This document shows, in pieces, positions 51,015 to 61,144 of a stretch of DNA of 64,000 nt. Each line of letters begins with the position of its first letter. Positions within the stretch are counted from its first letter, which is position 1. Where the stretch lies: sequence record MH494197.1; one strand, written 5' to 3'. The position numbers and the translations under genes were made by a program. The notes under the pieces were generated by a model. That model was not told the origin of the DNA. It saw nothing but the letters and a program-made list of their open reading frames with translations, and ran no database searches.

Positions 51015-51506
51015 TTACGCCATCTCATAATCAAACCTTAAAAATATAATAGGAAAGTATTTTGTTTCCGAATCTGAAATACTGTTACAGTAATCTTTCA
51101 ATTCATCATGGATAACATTCAAATGAATAGTAGGATAGTTCATAGGTTTCTGTACTGGGCCAGTGGCATATACGCAATCTGTTCTATCCCAACTTACATA
51201 TTGGGTTGGGTAATTATCTTTAGTACGTTCTTCAATAATAATATTATATTCTGGTGTATTGAATACATACATATCACATTGTGAAATGTACTGAACATTA
51301 AAATCACCATCAGTTAGATGGATCATGTTCCCATCGCAATATAAGCATGATGGTTCAGTGTATCCTAAAATTGAAGATAAAGTTCTGAAGTTTGCTCGGA
51401 CCCAAATATACCAAATTCGTGTGTAAACAAATATCAATGAAACGTTTGAAGACTTCAGTTTCGTTATGCATATAGATACCTTAAAAGACCCACATAGTGA
51501 GGTCAA
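51015..51506 (-). CDS. Hypothetical protein
   Basis: 163-aa ORF; true start uncertain. Confidence 0.4.
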   Translation of the reverse strand: MTSLCGSFKVSICITKLKSSNVSLIFVYTRIWYIWVRANFRTLSSILGYTEPSCLYCDGNMIHLTDGDFNVQYISQCDMYVFNTPEYNIIIEERTKDNYPTQYVSWDRTDCVYATGPVQKPMNYPTIHLNVIHDELKDYCNSISDSETKYFPIIFLRFDYEMA

Positions 51507-51734
51507 ACACTTTTAAACGTTATCATCATCCAAAGCTTCACGGTAAACATAATAAACATGCGTACCTAGAAGAACAATGAGTACAATGAATACTAACCAG
51601 AATGGTACAAAATGCAGTACAAGTGCAAATGCCATTACGGTAATAACCATCACTACTGAACTAAAAATAAGACTAGTCGCTTTTTAAATCCAGATAGTAC
51701 ATCATTCAAAACGCGTTTCATAAATGAATCAACC

Positions 51735-52308
51735 ATTTTATTCCTCATATAATCCATATAGCAAGTTCTGCATAGACTCTTGTATGATTCATCACCACCA
51801 ATAAAGACTTTATCAGTACTTTCAACTATACGGGCATTCATAGTGGCTTCTTTGCCACACTTCTGATTCTCACACACGTTCTTAAGTTCATGTATGTCAT
51901 CAGCTATTTCGAACAGTCTTTGTGAACCTTCAAAAGATTGATTCAAAATCTGTTCGTATTCCATAACAGGAAACATCAACACCATAATTATCTGCTATAT
52001 CAGCTAAATGGTCAATTTGTTCTCTGTTTAAAATTGACATTCATCAACATAGATACTGTTAATGTCAACGTCATTTTTGAGTGTTTCTTTAACTTTAAGA
52101 AGAACACTAATGTCATTTTTGGAATTACTTCAGCCACAGCTTCGATGCCAATTCTTGAAGTAATCTTTCCTGTTCCATAACGATCATCAAGTGCACTGGT
52201 TAAGTAAATTACCTTCATTCCATTTTTCTTATGGTTATATGCTTTTTGTAAAAGATGAGTACTTTTACCACTAGACATACTACCATAGTAATATACTAAT
52301 TTACCCAT
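51735..52308 (-). CDS. tdk: Thymidine kinase (frameshifted)
   Basis: YYGSMSSGKSTHLL, DDRYG...ITSRIG, YVDECQF, FEGSQRLFEIADDIHELKNVC, IGGDESYKSLCRTC. Confidence 0.93.
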
Positions 52309-52747
52309 TTTAATCCTTAAGTACGTGTGCTTACATTTTAATCTATTACCATAGGATGAAATTGGGATATTGAACATTTCTATTTTACCCTCTTTTAAAA
52401 GACGTAAAATATCTGGATCGTTTTGGTTTGTACACAATGAAGACCATTGACTTGAATTTCTAAACCATTCTTCAGAAATTCATAAATCTTCTGTCTACGC
52501 TTCCCACCGAAACTTTCATTTCGGATAACATCTCTTAGGTCTTTATATTCTTGTTTTAATTTCCTGTCAAAAGTGTTCCATCTTTCTTTCTGATTTCTTC
52601 AATACACTTATATTGAGTTTGTCCTCTAAGAGCCATATTTGACCTCGTTGGGATATTTCTTCATTAACTCATGTAAACGTTGAATTTCCTGATTTTTCTT
52701 ATGTTCTTCATCATACTTCTTAGAAAGATTCTTTCTTGTATTTGTTT

Positions 52748-53104
52748 CTAATAATCTAAAATTAGTACAGAATCTATCATTTTTAGCAACGTTCTTACGT
52801 AACGCATCAAAACAGTACTGAAATAGTTATCCAATGGAAAAGAAGTATCAGTGTAATTATAAAAATCCATTACATTTGTCATGTTCACATGTTCAATTAC
52901 CGCACCATTGTGCGTTACAATAAACATTATATCACCATAATTACAATTTGCATCAGTACGGTACAGATATAAATGATCACGTAAATAATCTTTTAATTTA
53001 TGTTCAATACCACTTTGTTCAGTACTTTGAAATACCAAAACTTCACCATAGATTGTATTACCTTCATAATCATTTGGTTCGCGGATAATTGTAAGGTTAT
53101 ACAT
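52748..53104 (-). CDS. Hypothetical protein
   Basis: 118-aa ORF with RBS AAGGAG. Confidence 0.55.
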   Translation of the reverse strand: MYNLTIIREPNDYEGNTIYGEVLVFQSTEQSGIEHKLKDYLRDHLYLYRTDANCNYGDIMFIVTHNGAVIEHVNMTNVMDFYNYTDTSFPLDNYFSTVLMRYVRTLLKMIDSVLILDY

Positions 53105-53112
53105 ATAACTCC

Positions 53113-53403
53113 TTATACCGGAGATACGGTACTCAGCATTAGTAGAGCAGTGTTTTCATCAATTTCATGTTGATTGTCGCACACTAGTGTTTCCAATAGG
53201 TCTGGATTGTAATAATAATGTTCATAATCTGTATCATTTGGAATATGGTGATAGGTGAATACAATGTCAAATACATCATCATCATTTTCACTTTTGAAAC
53301 GCTTTAATTCTTCTACACTTTCAACAAAACCATACTCTTCAAAAGCAGTAGTACCATCAGTAAGTTTCATCCATGCACTTGCGACAATTTTCATAAATTT
53401 CAA
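53113..53403 (-). CDS. Hypothetical protein
   Basis: 96-aa acidic ORF. Confidence 0.55.
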   Translation of the reverse strand: MKFMKIVASAWMKLTDGTTAFEEYGFVESVEELKRFKSENDDDVFDIVFTYHHIPNDTDYEHYYYNPDLLETLVCDNQHEIDENTALLMLSTVSPV

Positions 53404-53462
53404 ATCCTTATTCTTTTGTAATGTTTAGTTTAGAAACGAAATGGTTTTTGCTTCTTCAAATG

Positions 53463-53990
53463 TCATTGAAGTATATACTGGTTCCAATTATCGTCAAGAT
53501 CTGTAAGTACTTTAACTTCCATTACATCTTCAGGTGTGTAGAATTGCCATGTGTTATGATCTGGTTCATAATTAGGGTCTAGTGTGAAAACTGTTCCATT
53601 CTGACCATAAACTTGTCCATCCTCTAATAGCTCACGAAATAAGTCTTCCCCAGTTGTTGGGTCTTCGTATGCATTATAAAAGGAAAACAACATTCTCAAC
53701 ATCAGTTCGGTAGTACCATCGTCTTCATCATATTCAACCAAACGGTCCTGATGAAATACTAGGTCAATAGCACCAATGCGAGGTTTATTATGTGGAGTTT
53801 TGATTTCTTGCTGGGAATTGTAATCCATACGTTCAGTACTGATGAATACACCACTTGGTGTGATTTCAATACCAGATACATTTTCTGGTGAATAATAAGA
53901 GTCACACATATCATCAATATGCATGTGCTCATGATACACTTCCATTTCAGGGTTCTGCATCAACAGTGCTGCTAGGTCTTTTGCTTTCAA
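53463..53990 (-). CDS. Hypothetical protein, paralog of 54762..55340
   Basis: MKAKDLAALLMQNPEMEVYH...ITPSGVF...WQFYTPEDV. Confidence 0.65.
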   Translation of the reverse strand: MKAKDLAALLMQNPEMEVYHEHMHIDDMCDSYYSPENVSGIEITPSGVFISTERMDYNSQQEIKTPHNKPRIGAIDLVFHQDRLVEYDEDDGTTELMLRMLFSFYNAYEDPTTGEDLFRELLEDGQVYGQNGTVFTLDPNYEPDHNTWQFYTPEDVMEVKVLTDLDDNWNQYILQ

Positions 53991-54579
53991 TCTTCAATCT
54001 CCATAGAGTCATCACTTTCGTAATCATCACTAGTGTACTTAGTTTTACCTCAATACCATTCTCATGAAGGTATGTGATAAAGCCATTACCATGAACGAAT
54101 TGATTATAATATGTATTTTCTTCTACATGTGAGTCATAATCATCTTCGTAATATGTGGGCATTGTAACATCATGACCAGCACTTTGCAAGTACTGGAACA
54201 ATTCTTTCAGAACTACTTCGATATCACCTTCTTCTGTGCCATAACAATATGCAGGTTCACCGTGAGTGAATTTGAATCCTTTACAGGAAACTGTATAAAT
54301 GTCACTCATGTTCATACCACAATCATCACATTCATGTATAGAACAATGCTGGTGGAATTTAATCTTTTGATTTGCATTTAGAAAATCCTGTAAAGATGTA
54401 GTAGACATTGGACTATCAGCACCATCATACCACAGTGATGTATATGGCTGAACTGAACTAATATCAATACAGAATCCTTCACGCTCACATTTTCGAGCGA
54501 ATTCTTCAGTAGTTAGTTTGTTACCAAAAGAAATCTCAAATTCATAACTAGACATATCAATATCAGTACTGTAAATCAA
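53990..54579 (-). CDS. Hypothetical Cys-containing protein
   Basis: ORF 53947..54579 with CSIHECDDCG. Confidence 0.5.
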
Positions 54580-54761
54580 TGTACCATCATATGTAATATG
54601 GAGTTTAGAATCTGCGTCAAAAGACGATCTGAAATAGCTTCATAATCATCTTCAGGAACTGCTTCAATAAGACGGGCCATTAGTCCAGATGTTACGCGTA
54701 ATCACTCATTTTTAATCCTTTTTTTATTTTTCAAGTTTATCAATAATAGAAGGTGATACTT

Positions 54762-55340
54762 TTACATTGAATTCAGAATCAGGAAAATCTTTAGAAAATG
54801 AATCAATTTGTTCTTGTGAAAGTTCTTCTTTTGTGGAAATAACATTTTAACTAAATTTTTACCACATTCAATTGCTTCATCATACGACATAGTTTCCCAT
54901 GTTCCATGCCAAGTACTAGGTTCATATTCTGTCAGTACAGAAATGAAATCAATATCATCGGGTGTATACCAAACAGCATTTTGATTCCCTGATGGTGCTG
55001 ATTGATTTTTACCTAATAAAACAATTGGCTTTTCATAAGGAATGTTAAATATCAACCCAGATTCTAAGTTAAGAACAGTTTGAATAGATGAACCCTCCAA
55101 TTTTGGAGTAATAGTACCATCCTTAAAGAAAATTTGTACATGACCCAAGAGTGGGGTTTCATATGGTGTAAGTACATTTTCAGAAACTGATGTGGGTTTT
55201 GCCGTTGTGAAAATACCAGATGGGGTGACCATTAATTTATTATCAAAATTCTGATAATGCAATTCACTATCCACATCATAATGATAAATGTCTAGATTTG
55301 GTTGAGATAGTAGTAATTTTGCTAAATCATGAGATTTCAT
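54762..55340 (-). CDS. Hypothetical protein, paralog of 53463..53990
   Basis: MKSHDLAKLLLSQPNLDIYH...VTPSGIF...WYTPDDI. Confidence 0.65.
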   Translation of the reverse strand: MKSHDLAKLLLSQPNLDIYHYDVDSELHYQNFDNKLMVTPSGIFTTAKPTSVSENVLTPYETPLLGHVQIFFKDGTITPKLEGSSIQTVLNLESGLIFNIPYEKPIVLLGKNQSAPSGNQNAVWYTPDDIDFISVLTEYEPSTWHGTWETMSYDEAIECGKNLVKMLFPQKKNFHKNKLIHFLKIFLILNSM

Positions 55341-55419
55341 TTTATTTCTCCAAAGAAAAGGAGAGTCACAATGACTCTCCATATATTTTATTGTAAAACT
55401 TTGAGTTTGTAAAGCATTC

Positions 55420-55826
55420 CTTCACAAAAACTCATAATGTCTTCTAGCGTGTTAGTACTACCATAGTCTTCAGCCTCTTCTAGCATAGCATGAATGGCTT
55501 TACATTGACTAACATATTCTTCAAGAATTGGTACACAATCCTCGATAGGGTAAAACGATAACTGTTACCAGTACCTACCTGCAATGCCCGCGAGTGTTCA
55601 TAATACCCTCTACAAATGCATCAACGTACTCAGGTAACTCTTTGTATAGTTCATCCAATTGTAGGTGCTTCGTGTAGAAATGGCTCTGTAAATGCCAGTT
55701 GTGAGCAGCAGCACTTAAAAATAAACTATTCTCAATAAATGTAAGTAGTACTTCATCATAAGAACTATCTTCTTCAGTATCTCCGATAAAGTCCATTACA
55801 TGTCGTAAATCATTAATATTTTCCAT
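55420..55826 (-). CDS. Ferritin/Dps-like four-helix protein (DUF5856-like), frameshifted
   Basis: AAAHNWHLQSHFYTKHLQLDELYKELPEYVDAFVEG resembles the Dps helix A/B pattern; 3' end approximate. Confidence 0.55.
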
Positions 55827-56002
55827 AAATCTCTCCTTAGAGTTATTCTATGGTATTTAGTTAATAATAAAGGTAACTTCAGGATTCATTTCTGAAACTG
55901 CATTTCTCTTACTTCTATTCCATAGTACTCTATTGTTATATAATGAAGAATCACAAATTATAAGTAAGCAATTCCTTAATCTACTTACAGTACTTTGATT
56001 AC

Positions 56003-56284
56003 TTAAATCAGTTTCTGTAACAAAAATACATTATCAGGAACTTCTACAGGAATTGATTTATCAAAGAAGAAAACTACAATAGGTCTGTTTGTATGAACTA
56101 AATTAATAAAGTCTAAAATACTGTTATAAAATTCAGTTCCTTTGTTTAAACTTAATGGATCTTTGATTCTCTTCAAATAGGTCTGAACCAAATTATGATC
56201 GCTTTTGATTTGATACTCAAAATATTCTTTGAATAACATTTGTGTTAATTCAGATGTATTGGATATTTTCGTTGTGTTACTCAT
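56003..56284 (-). CDS. Hypothetical protein
   Basis: 93-aa ORF. Confidence 0.5.
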   Translation of the reverse strand: MSNTTKISNTSELTQMLFKEYFEYQIKSDHNLVQTYLKRIKDPLSLNKGTEFYNSILDFINLVHTNRPIVVFFFDKSIPVEVPDNVFLLQKLI

Positions 56285-56414
56285 TCACTTCGTTCTCTCG
56301 TAACTCAAGAAGTCACTACGTTTACTTCGTAAACTAGTTCCTTCTGAAAATGATAATGTACTTTAAAAGCTTGACGGATTTGTTGAGGACTATTTCATCC
56401 CCGAGGAAGAAGGT

Positions 56415-56922
56415 AATAAAAAGAGACAATTAAGTCTCTCTGACGATGATGGCATCGGATATTATCGAATTGCGAATTTCTCAAATTTTGGACGGATCTT
56501 TCCTGTACCAAAATTTAGAGAAAAGCGGGTTGCTCGGTTTCTCTCTATCGCAGTCATATGCAACGGTCGCTGGTCTTTTCATCAACAGCACTCAGTACTA
56601 AACTCTATTCGATCAAAGTAGTACCTGTTCTCAAATTTTGGACGCAACTTTCTTGTAAAATCGCGTCCACAATCCTGAACTCCTTAGCAAATTCGTAAGG
56701 TGCGAACCTTATACATCTATCTAGGAACTCTCTGTGTGCTTGGAGTTCTTTATACAGCCGTGTCGCCGTGATTCGTGGTCTTATCTCGTGTTTGTTTGAT
56801 TGCCAGTACTCTAACAGGTTTCTTTTGCTGTTCGCTACAACGGTAAAGCTCATCTATCCTTTACATTTTCAAGAGAAGTAGGTTCTCATTATCCATTTTT
56901 CAATGTCCGTTGTCATTTTACA
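56415..56922 (-). ncRNA. Candidate large structured non-coding RNA (family unknown)
   Basis: About 41% GC versus under 30% in the downstream flank; at least six hairpins; 17-nt direct repeat; extended -10 TGaTATAAT upstream and a hairpin plus U-tract terminator downstream. Confidence 0.5.
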
Positions 56923-56928
56923 ATATAC

Positions 56929-56956
56929 ATTATATCACTAGGATGTATTATGTCCC
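56929..56956 (-). promoter_or_regulatory. sigma70-like promoter with extended -10
   Basis: Minus strand GGGACA-N16-TATAAT with TG at -15/-14. Confidence 0.55.
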
Positions 56957-57123
56957 GTTACATGTATACCTTTTTCAAATCCTTGGAACAACGGTCAAAA
57001 TTGTGTTGATGAATTCGACATCCTCTTTGATATTGGAGTCTATAGCATCATTCTCGTTTCTTGTTGTGTTCCTGTATTTGTGTTCAGGGTGATTGTATAC
57101 CACCTTGACTACATTATTTAGGT

Positions 57124-57369
57124 CTACAAAAATGACGATTTTTGCGTATAGGAAGCCTGAAGCTTGATGAGTTTACCATCGTTTTGTAGATTAGTCTTGT
57201 GAATTAGTTCTTCAATACCATCTAAATGGCTATAGCTATCCTGTTCTTTGACGAATGTAACAGTTACCAGTACTGACTTCTCATCTCCAAAGTCAGAGAT
57301 ATTTTTAACAGCACTGATGATTTCTAAGTTTGAAAAATCTAATTCTTTTAGCATTACAAATATTTCCAC
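57124..57369 (-). CDS. Hypothetical protein
   Basis: 81-aa ORF. Confidence 0.45.
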   Translation of the reverse strand: MEIFVMLKELDFSNLEIISAVKNISDFGDEKSVLVTVTFVKEQDSYSHLDGIEELIHKTNLQNDGKLIKLQASYTQKSSFL

Positions 57370-57710
57370 AAAGTTCGATAAGTGATAATTTCTTCTCTGG
57401 TAACAGAAACTTCATAGCACTTAACACCATCAGTTTCATTTCTGAATGGTTCTGCTGGTCTATCTTCTGTTAAACCTCGTTCATACGTACAATGATAATA
57501 TTTGTTCGTGTTCATGTCAAGAAAAACTAGATCAAATTCTTCTGTCCATCGTCTATGCCCTTTACTTTCATTACTAATGATTTTGTACTTAACATCGGGA
57601 TTGAATGATTCAGTACTGTCATCCCATGTACCATAGTCAGTATATTCATCATCTTCATCTAACTCTGCCAGATGCCACATTAACTGTGGTAAAAAGATTT
57701 TAGATTTCAT
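57354..57710 (-). CDS. Hypothetical protein
   Basis: 118-aa ORF, RBS GGAG; GHRRW...LVF...YERGLTE motif common in large phages. Confidence 0.6.
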   Translation of the reverse strand: MKSKIFLPQLMWHLAELDEDDEYTDYGTWDDSTESFNPDVKYKIISNESKGHRRWTEEFDLVFLDMNTNKYYHCTYERGLTEDRPAEPFRNETDGVKCYEVSVTREEIITYRTLWKYL

Positions 57711-57725
57711 TTATTTTCTCCAAAA

Positions 57726-57753
57726 ATAGGGACTCGATTTCTCAAGTCCCTAT
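57726..57753 (-). terminator. Intrinsic terminator-like hairpin
   Basis: atagggact-cgatttctca-agtccctat. Confidence 0.6.
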
Positions 57754-57960
57754 CATAACATATTAATTGTGATTATTCAATTTCTTTTGTTCTTTTTAGA
57801 GCTTTCATATGTCAAAATCACGAACATGCCATATATGGTCGGTTTCCCATAGTTCTGTACGTAAACGGCGTTCTTCCAATTCTTCTGGAGTAGGAATTTT
57901 AGATTTCTTCTTATCTTTATTGAAAAATCATTCATATGTTCTTCCAGTAGATTTCTACCC

Positions 57961-58365
57961 TTAACTTTTTCGGAATTCATCTACTGATTCAGTTTTATTA
58001 GAACGAAGACTGTTACAACGTGAACACATGGTGTTGTAATTTGACTCTAAATCAGGTCCACCCTTAGATGCTAGTTGGTTATGATCTACTGTCATCAGTA
58101 CTTCATATAGACCACAAACTGCATAGACATTTAAGTGAGGTTTACCATATACCGGATCAGTGCTATGTGAACGCTCAATGCGAACTTCAGTGGCTTCAAT
58201 ACCACACGCAACGCATTTACAATTCTTAACGAATGTAAGTACTTTTTGTGGGAAGTATCGGAAAGTAACACCGTTATATGTATAGCGTTTCATCTGTGTA
58301 CTTCTTTGATTTAACTCATCAAGAAGTGATAGTTTGGCAACATAGTAGACCTGATATTTTGACAT
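57961..58365 (-). CDS. HNH endonuclease
   Basis: CVAC, MTVDHNQLASKGG...NYNTMCSRCN. Confidence 0.85.
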   Translation of the reverse strand: MSKYQVYYVAKLSLLDELNQRSTQMKRYTYNGVTFRYFPQKVLTFVKNCKCVACGIEATEVRIERSHSTDPVYGKPHLNVYAVCGLYEVLMTVDHNQLASKGGPDLESNYNTMCSRCNSLRSNKTESVDEFRKS

Positions 58366-58367
58366 TT

Positions 58368-58681
58368 TTAATCCTCGGATTTAATTTTAACCTTAACATC
58401 TTGATTTTGTAAATCACGAATAGTTTTAATTAATGCATCATGTTTTAGTGCACAGTCATTGTACATTGCATCCCATTTTACGAGTACTGCAAGAATTTCA
58501 GCACCATCATATCCTCTGAACCCGTTTTATCGACCATGATTTTACTTGGTAGTGGTGTATTTTCGTCACAACGTTCAAGTAAGATTTCTTGTTCTACAAT
58601 TGGTTTAGGTTGATACTTAATTTCTTCAGCACAACCACTAATTAATAGAAAAGAAATTGCAAATACTAAAGCGTATTTCAT
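58368..58681 (-). CDS. o-spanin (Rz1-like outer-membrane lipoprotein), frameshifted
   Basis: Signal peptide with lipobox LISG-C; Pro-rich; ends YNDCALKHDALIKTI; ATGA-coupled to the i-spanin. Confidence 0.75.
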
Positions 58682-59050
58682 TTGAATTTATTCCTCGCTG
58701 CAAGGGAATTCTGTTTAAGTTCATTCAGAAGTTTAACGCCATCTTCATCTAGACATACGTTTTTGTAAACTTCTCTTTCTACTATAATAGGCACTTGTGT
58801 CTCGATAACTTTAGCATTATCTTGCATTATCTTTTTGGTTTCTATATAGTTTTTGCATTTTCTTGCTGCATCTTAGCGAGTGCAGAATCAACTTTCTTTT
58901 CTATTTTTGGTCAATACTTTCTTTATAACCAGTATAATAAGTATTTGCTGACCATCCACCGTAAACACAACCTGCCATTACTCCTACTACCAAAATTGGT
59001 TTCCAATATGGTATTAAAACTTTTGAAACAATAATTTCTAGTACACTCAT
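58678..59050 (-). CDS. i-spanin (Rz-like), frameshifted; absent from the ORF track
   Basis: MSVLEIIVSKVLIPYWKPILVVGVMAGCVYGGW TM segment, coiled coil, VYKNVCLDEDG. Confidence 0.75.
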
Positions 59051-59090
59051 AATAACATCTCCTATAGTTGGTAATATTATTTAGAGTGTA

Positions 59091-59518
59091 CTATATTATA
59101 TGTTTACAACATTTTTGAATATGATCTACGAGTTTATACAGTTTAGTGTTTTCATTCTCGTATTCCAAATCAACTTCAACTTTGAATTCTTCTTCAAGTT
59201 CCATGATCATTTCAATCCAGTCAAGCCAATCGAATTTAAATTTTTCCACGACTTCACATTTAGTAAGATGGAAGTTCATTGATACATCTTTTTCGGATGC
59301 ATTTTGTCGCGACTTGTAATGAATTTGACAATTGCTTTTTCAACGTCAGTTAGTTCACGTGTGCGATATTCTGGTTCAAGATACCATTCGCCATTATTGA
59401 TAGCTTCCAACGAAAGTCTAAGTTCATGCATTAGTTTATAACGATCAGTACTTTTATGGATGCGGTTAACTTCGCGATTCAGTACACGTAGTGCGTCTTT
59501 GATTTGTTCGTTTAGCAT
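59091..59518 (-). CDS. Protein with C-terminal acyl carrier protein-like domain lacking the conserved Ser
   Basis: FKFDWLDWIEMIMELEEEFKVEV aligns with the ACP motif LGADSLDxVELVMxLEEEF; helix I (TDVEKAIVKFI) joins after a one-base correction near 59290. Confidence 0.65.
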
Positions 59519-59529
59519 AACAATCCTCT

Positions 59530-60717
59530 TATTTTTTCTGTACCATTGCATTTCACGGATATCTAATAGTACCTTCGTAGCCAACTTTATGTTTGGTCGC
59601 TTCGGTAGATGGGTCTTATGATACGCCACATTTCGGATGTAGCCTTTTCGTTGAAATAATCCATAACTTCTTGATACAACCACTTCCCGTTACGAATGTC
59701 CATCAACATAGCAGCATCCGGTCGGTGAACTTGGATGATGCCAGTTTCAAGTGCTTCCTGTGCTGTATTCAGCAGCCTGATTATGCATAGCATGTTTGCA
59801 GTCATAACCGTGGTGTGATTCAAGAATAGCACGTTTGGCATTACGATTCTGCTTCCATTTGTGATAACTCTTACGGTTCTCACTATTTTCTTTGTATTCC
59901 TTTTCATTGAATTTTACAATGAGTTCAGGACGAACTTTCAATTCTTCTGTAGTACGTTCTTTGTTGAAGTAACGTAGTGAACCATCAGCATTCACTGTAC
60001 TTTCATTCGGGTTGATAATTACCCCAAAGATGTTTTCACCGTAATGGATTAGTTCATATCCAGAATTGTAATTCAATAAATTGAAATCACGATCTAATAC
60101 TTTATCAGTACTATAATTATGTACTAAACGTACAAAATGATATTGTTTCAATGCTTGTGTTGAAACTTAATAAGTATCACGCATGTATTTTTCAAAATCA
60201 ATTTTTGTAGCATTGAATGGGTGAAGATTGGATTTATTCAAACGTCAGAATATCATTCGTCAACTGGATGTTCTTCTAAAATTTCATTTAGTTTACGTTC
60301 AGCAATTCGTTCCTTATCGAGCCAGCCGTGGTGATTAGACATACGCTTAACCTGATTGTATGCATATCCACTGTATGAGTGTGCAATCTTTGAACTCAAT
60401 AATTGCTGATTGAATGAGCGTAGATAGTCATAGATTTCAGTACTTTCTACGATGTGTTCCGGTTTAACCCATAGTGATTCAAGAATGTTTGGGTTAGCTT
60501 CAGTATGAACTTAAGTACTGATTGATTTCATAAAATTTAGTATCTTCTTCAGAAGTATCTGAAACTTCCTTAACATTAAAAAAGGAGTTAGGATATATTC
60601 TTTGTTTGCAAGGAAGATACCACGATAATCTGTATCACTTTCTGGTGTGCTTGTGCCATACGCCTGTGAACCAGCTAAGTGTTTCACAATAGTTTGTTCT
60701 AGAAAATTGTTTTTCAT
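59530..60717 (-). CDS. RlaP-like (Pol beta superfamily) nucleotidyltransferase, multiple frameshifts
   Basis: LAGSQAYGTSTPESDTDYRG, NPNILE, YDCKHAMH..RLL, LMDIRNGKW, KTHLPKRP. Confidence 0.8.
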
Positions 60718-61144
60718 AAGTAAATCGTTAACTCCTTTAGAAAACCATTATAGTATCGTTTAAAATCATGATCCAGTACTTGATAGTCATTGTAACTAAA
60801 TCCAAGATTGATGATGGTATCTTCTTGGAAGAATTTCTCTTCATTCATTACTTCGATGGGTTCGTATTCTTTCCCACCTTTATATACTTTGTAAAGAACA
60901 TACCATCATTGTTAATTTCAACGTACATGAAATTATTTTCTGGATCTCGTGGACACACAATGTTTAGTGAACTTGTCCCATTGTTATTATATTCGTATGA
61001 AATAATATCAAAAGAATCGATACCATAACATTTGGACTTTTCTTTGTCACCAAGACTTTTCTATCTGTACTCATATTGCGTATAGTACTGTAGATATCAT
61101 CGATTGTAGTCATAATTAACCACCGTACTTTGACTTATATGTTT

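Noticed and set aside
56330-56560. Firm call of an intact group I intron
   Set aside because: P7-like strings are present, but the 5' P7 strand reads GACUU and also forms a terminator hairpin, P3 pairing is unconvincing, and no interrupted host gene is evident. Kept only as a hypothesis.
56290-58365. HEARO/omegaRNA-type pairing of the structured RNA with the HNH nuclease
   Set aside because: The HNH is a small 134-aa stand-alone protein about 1 kb away, with intervening ORFs and a terminator, and no RuvC or IscB features.
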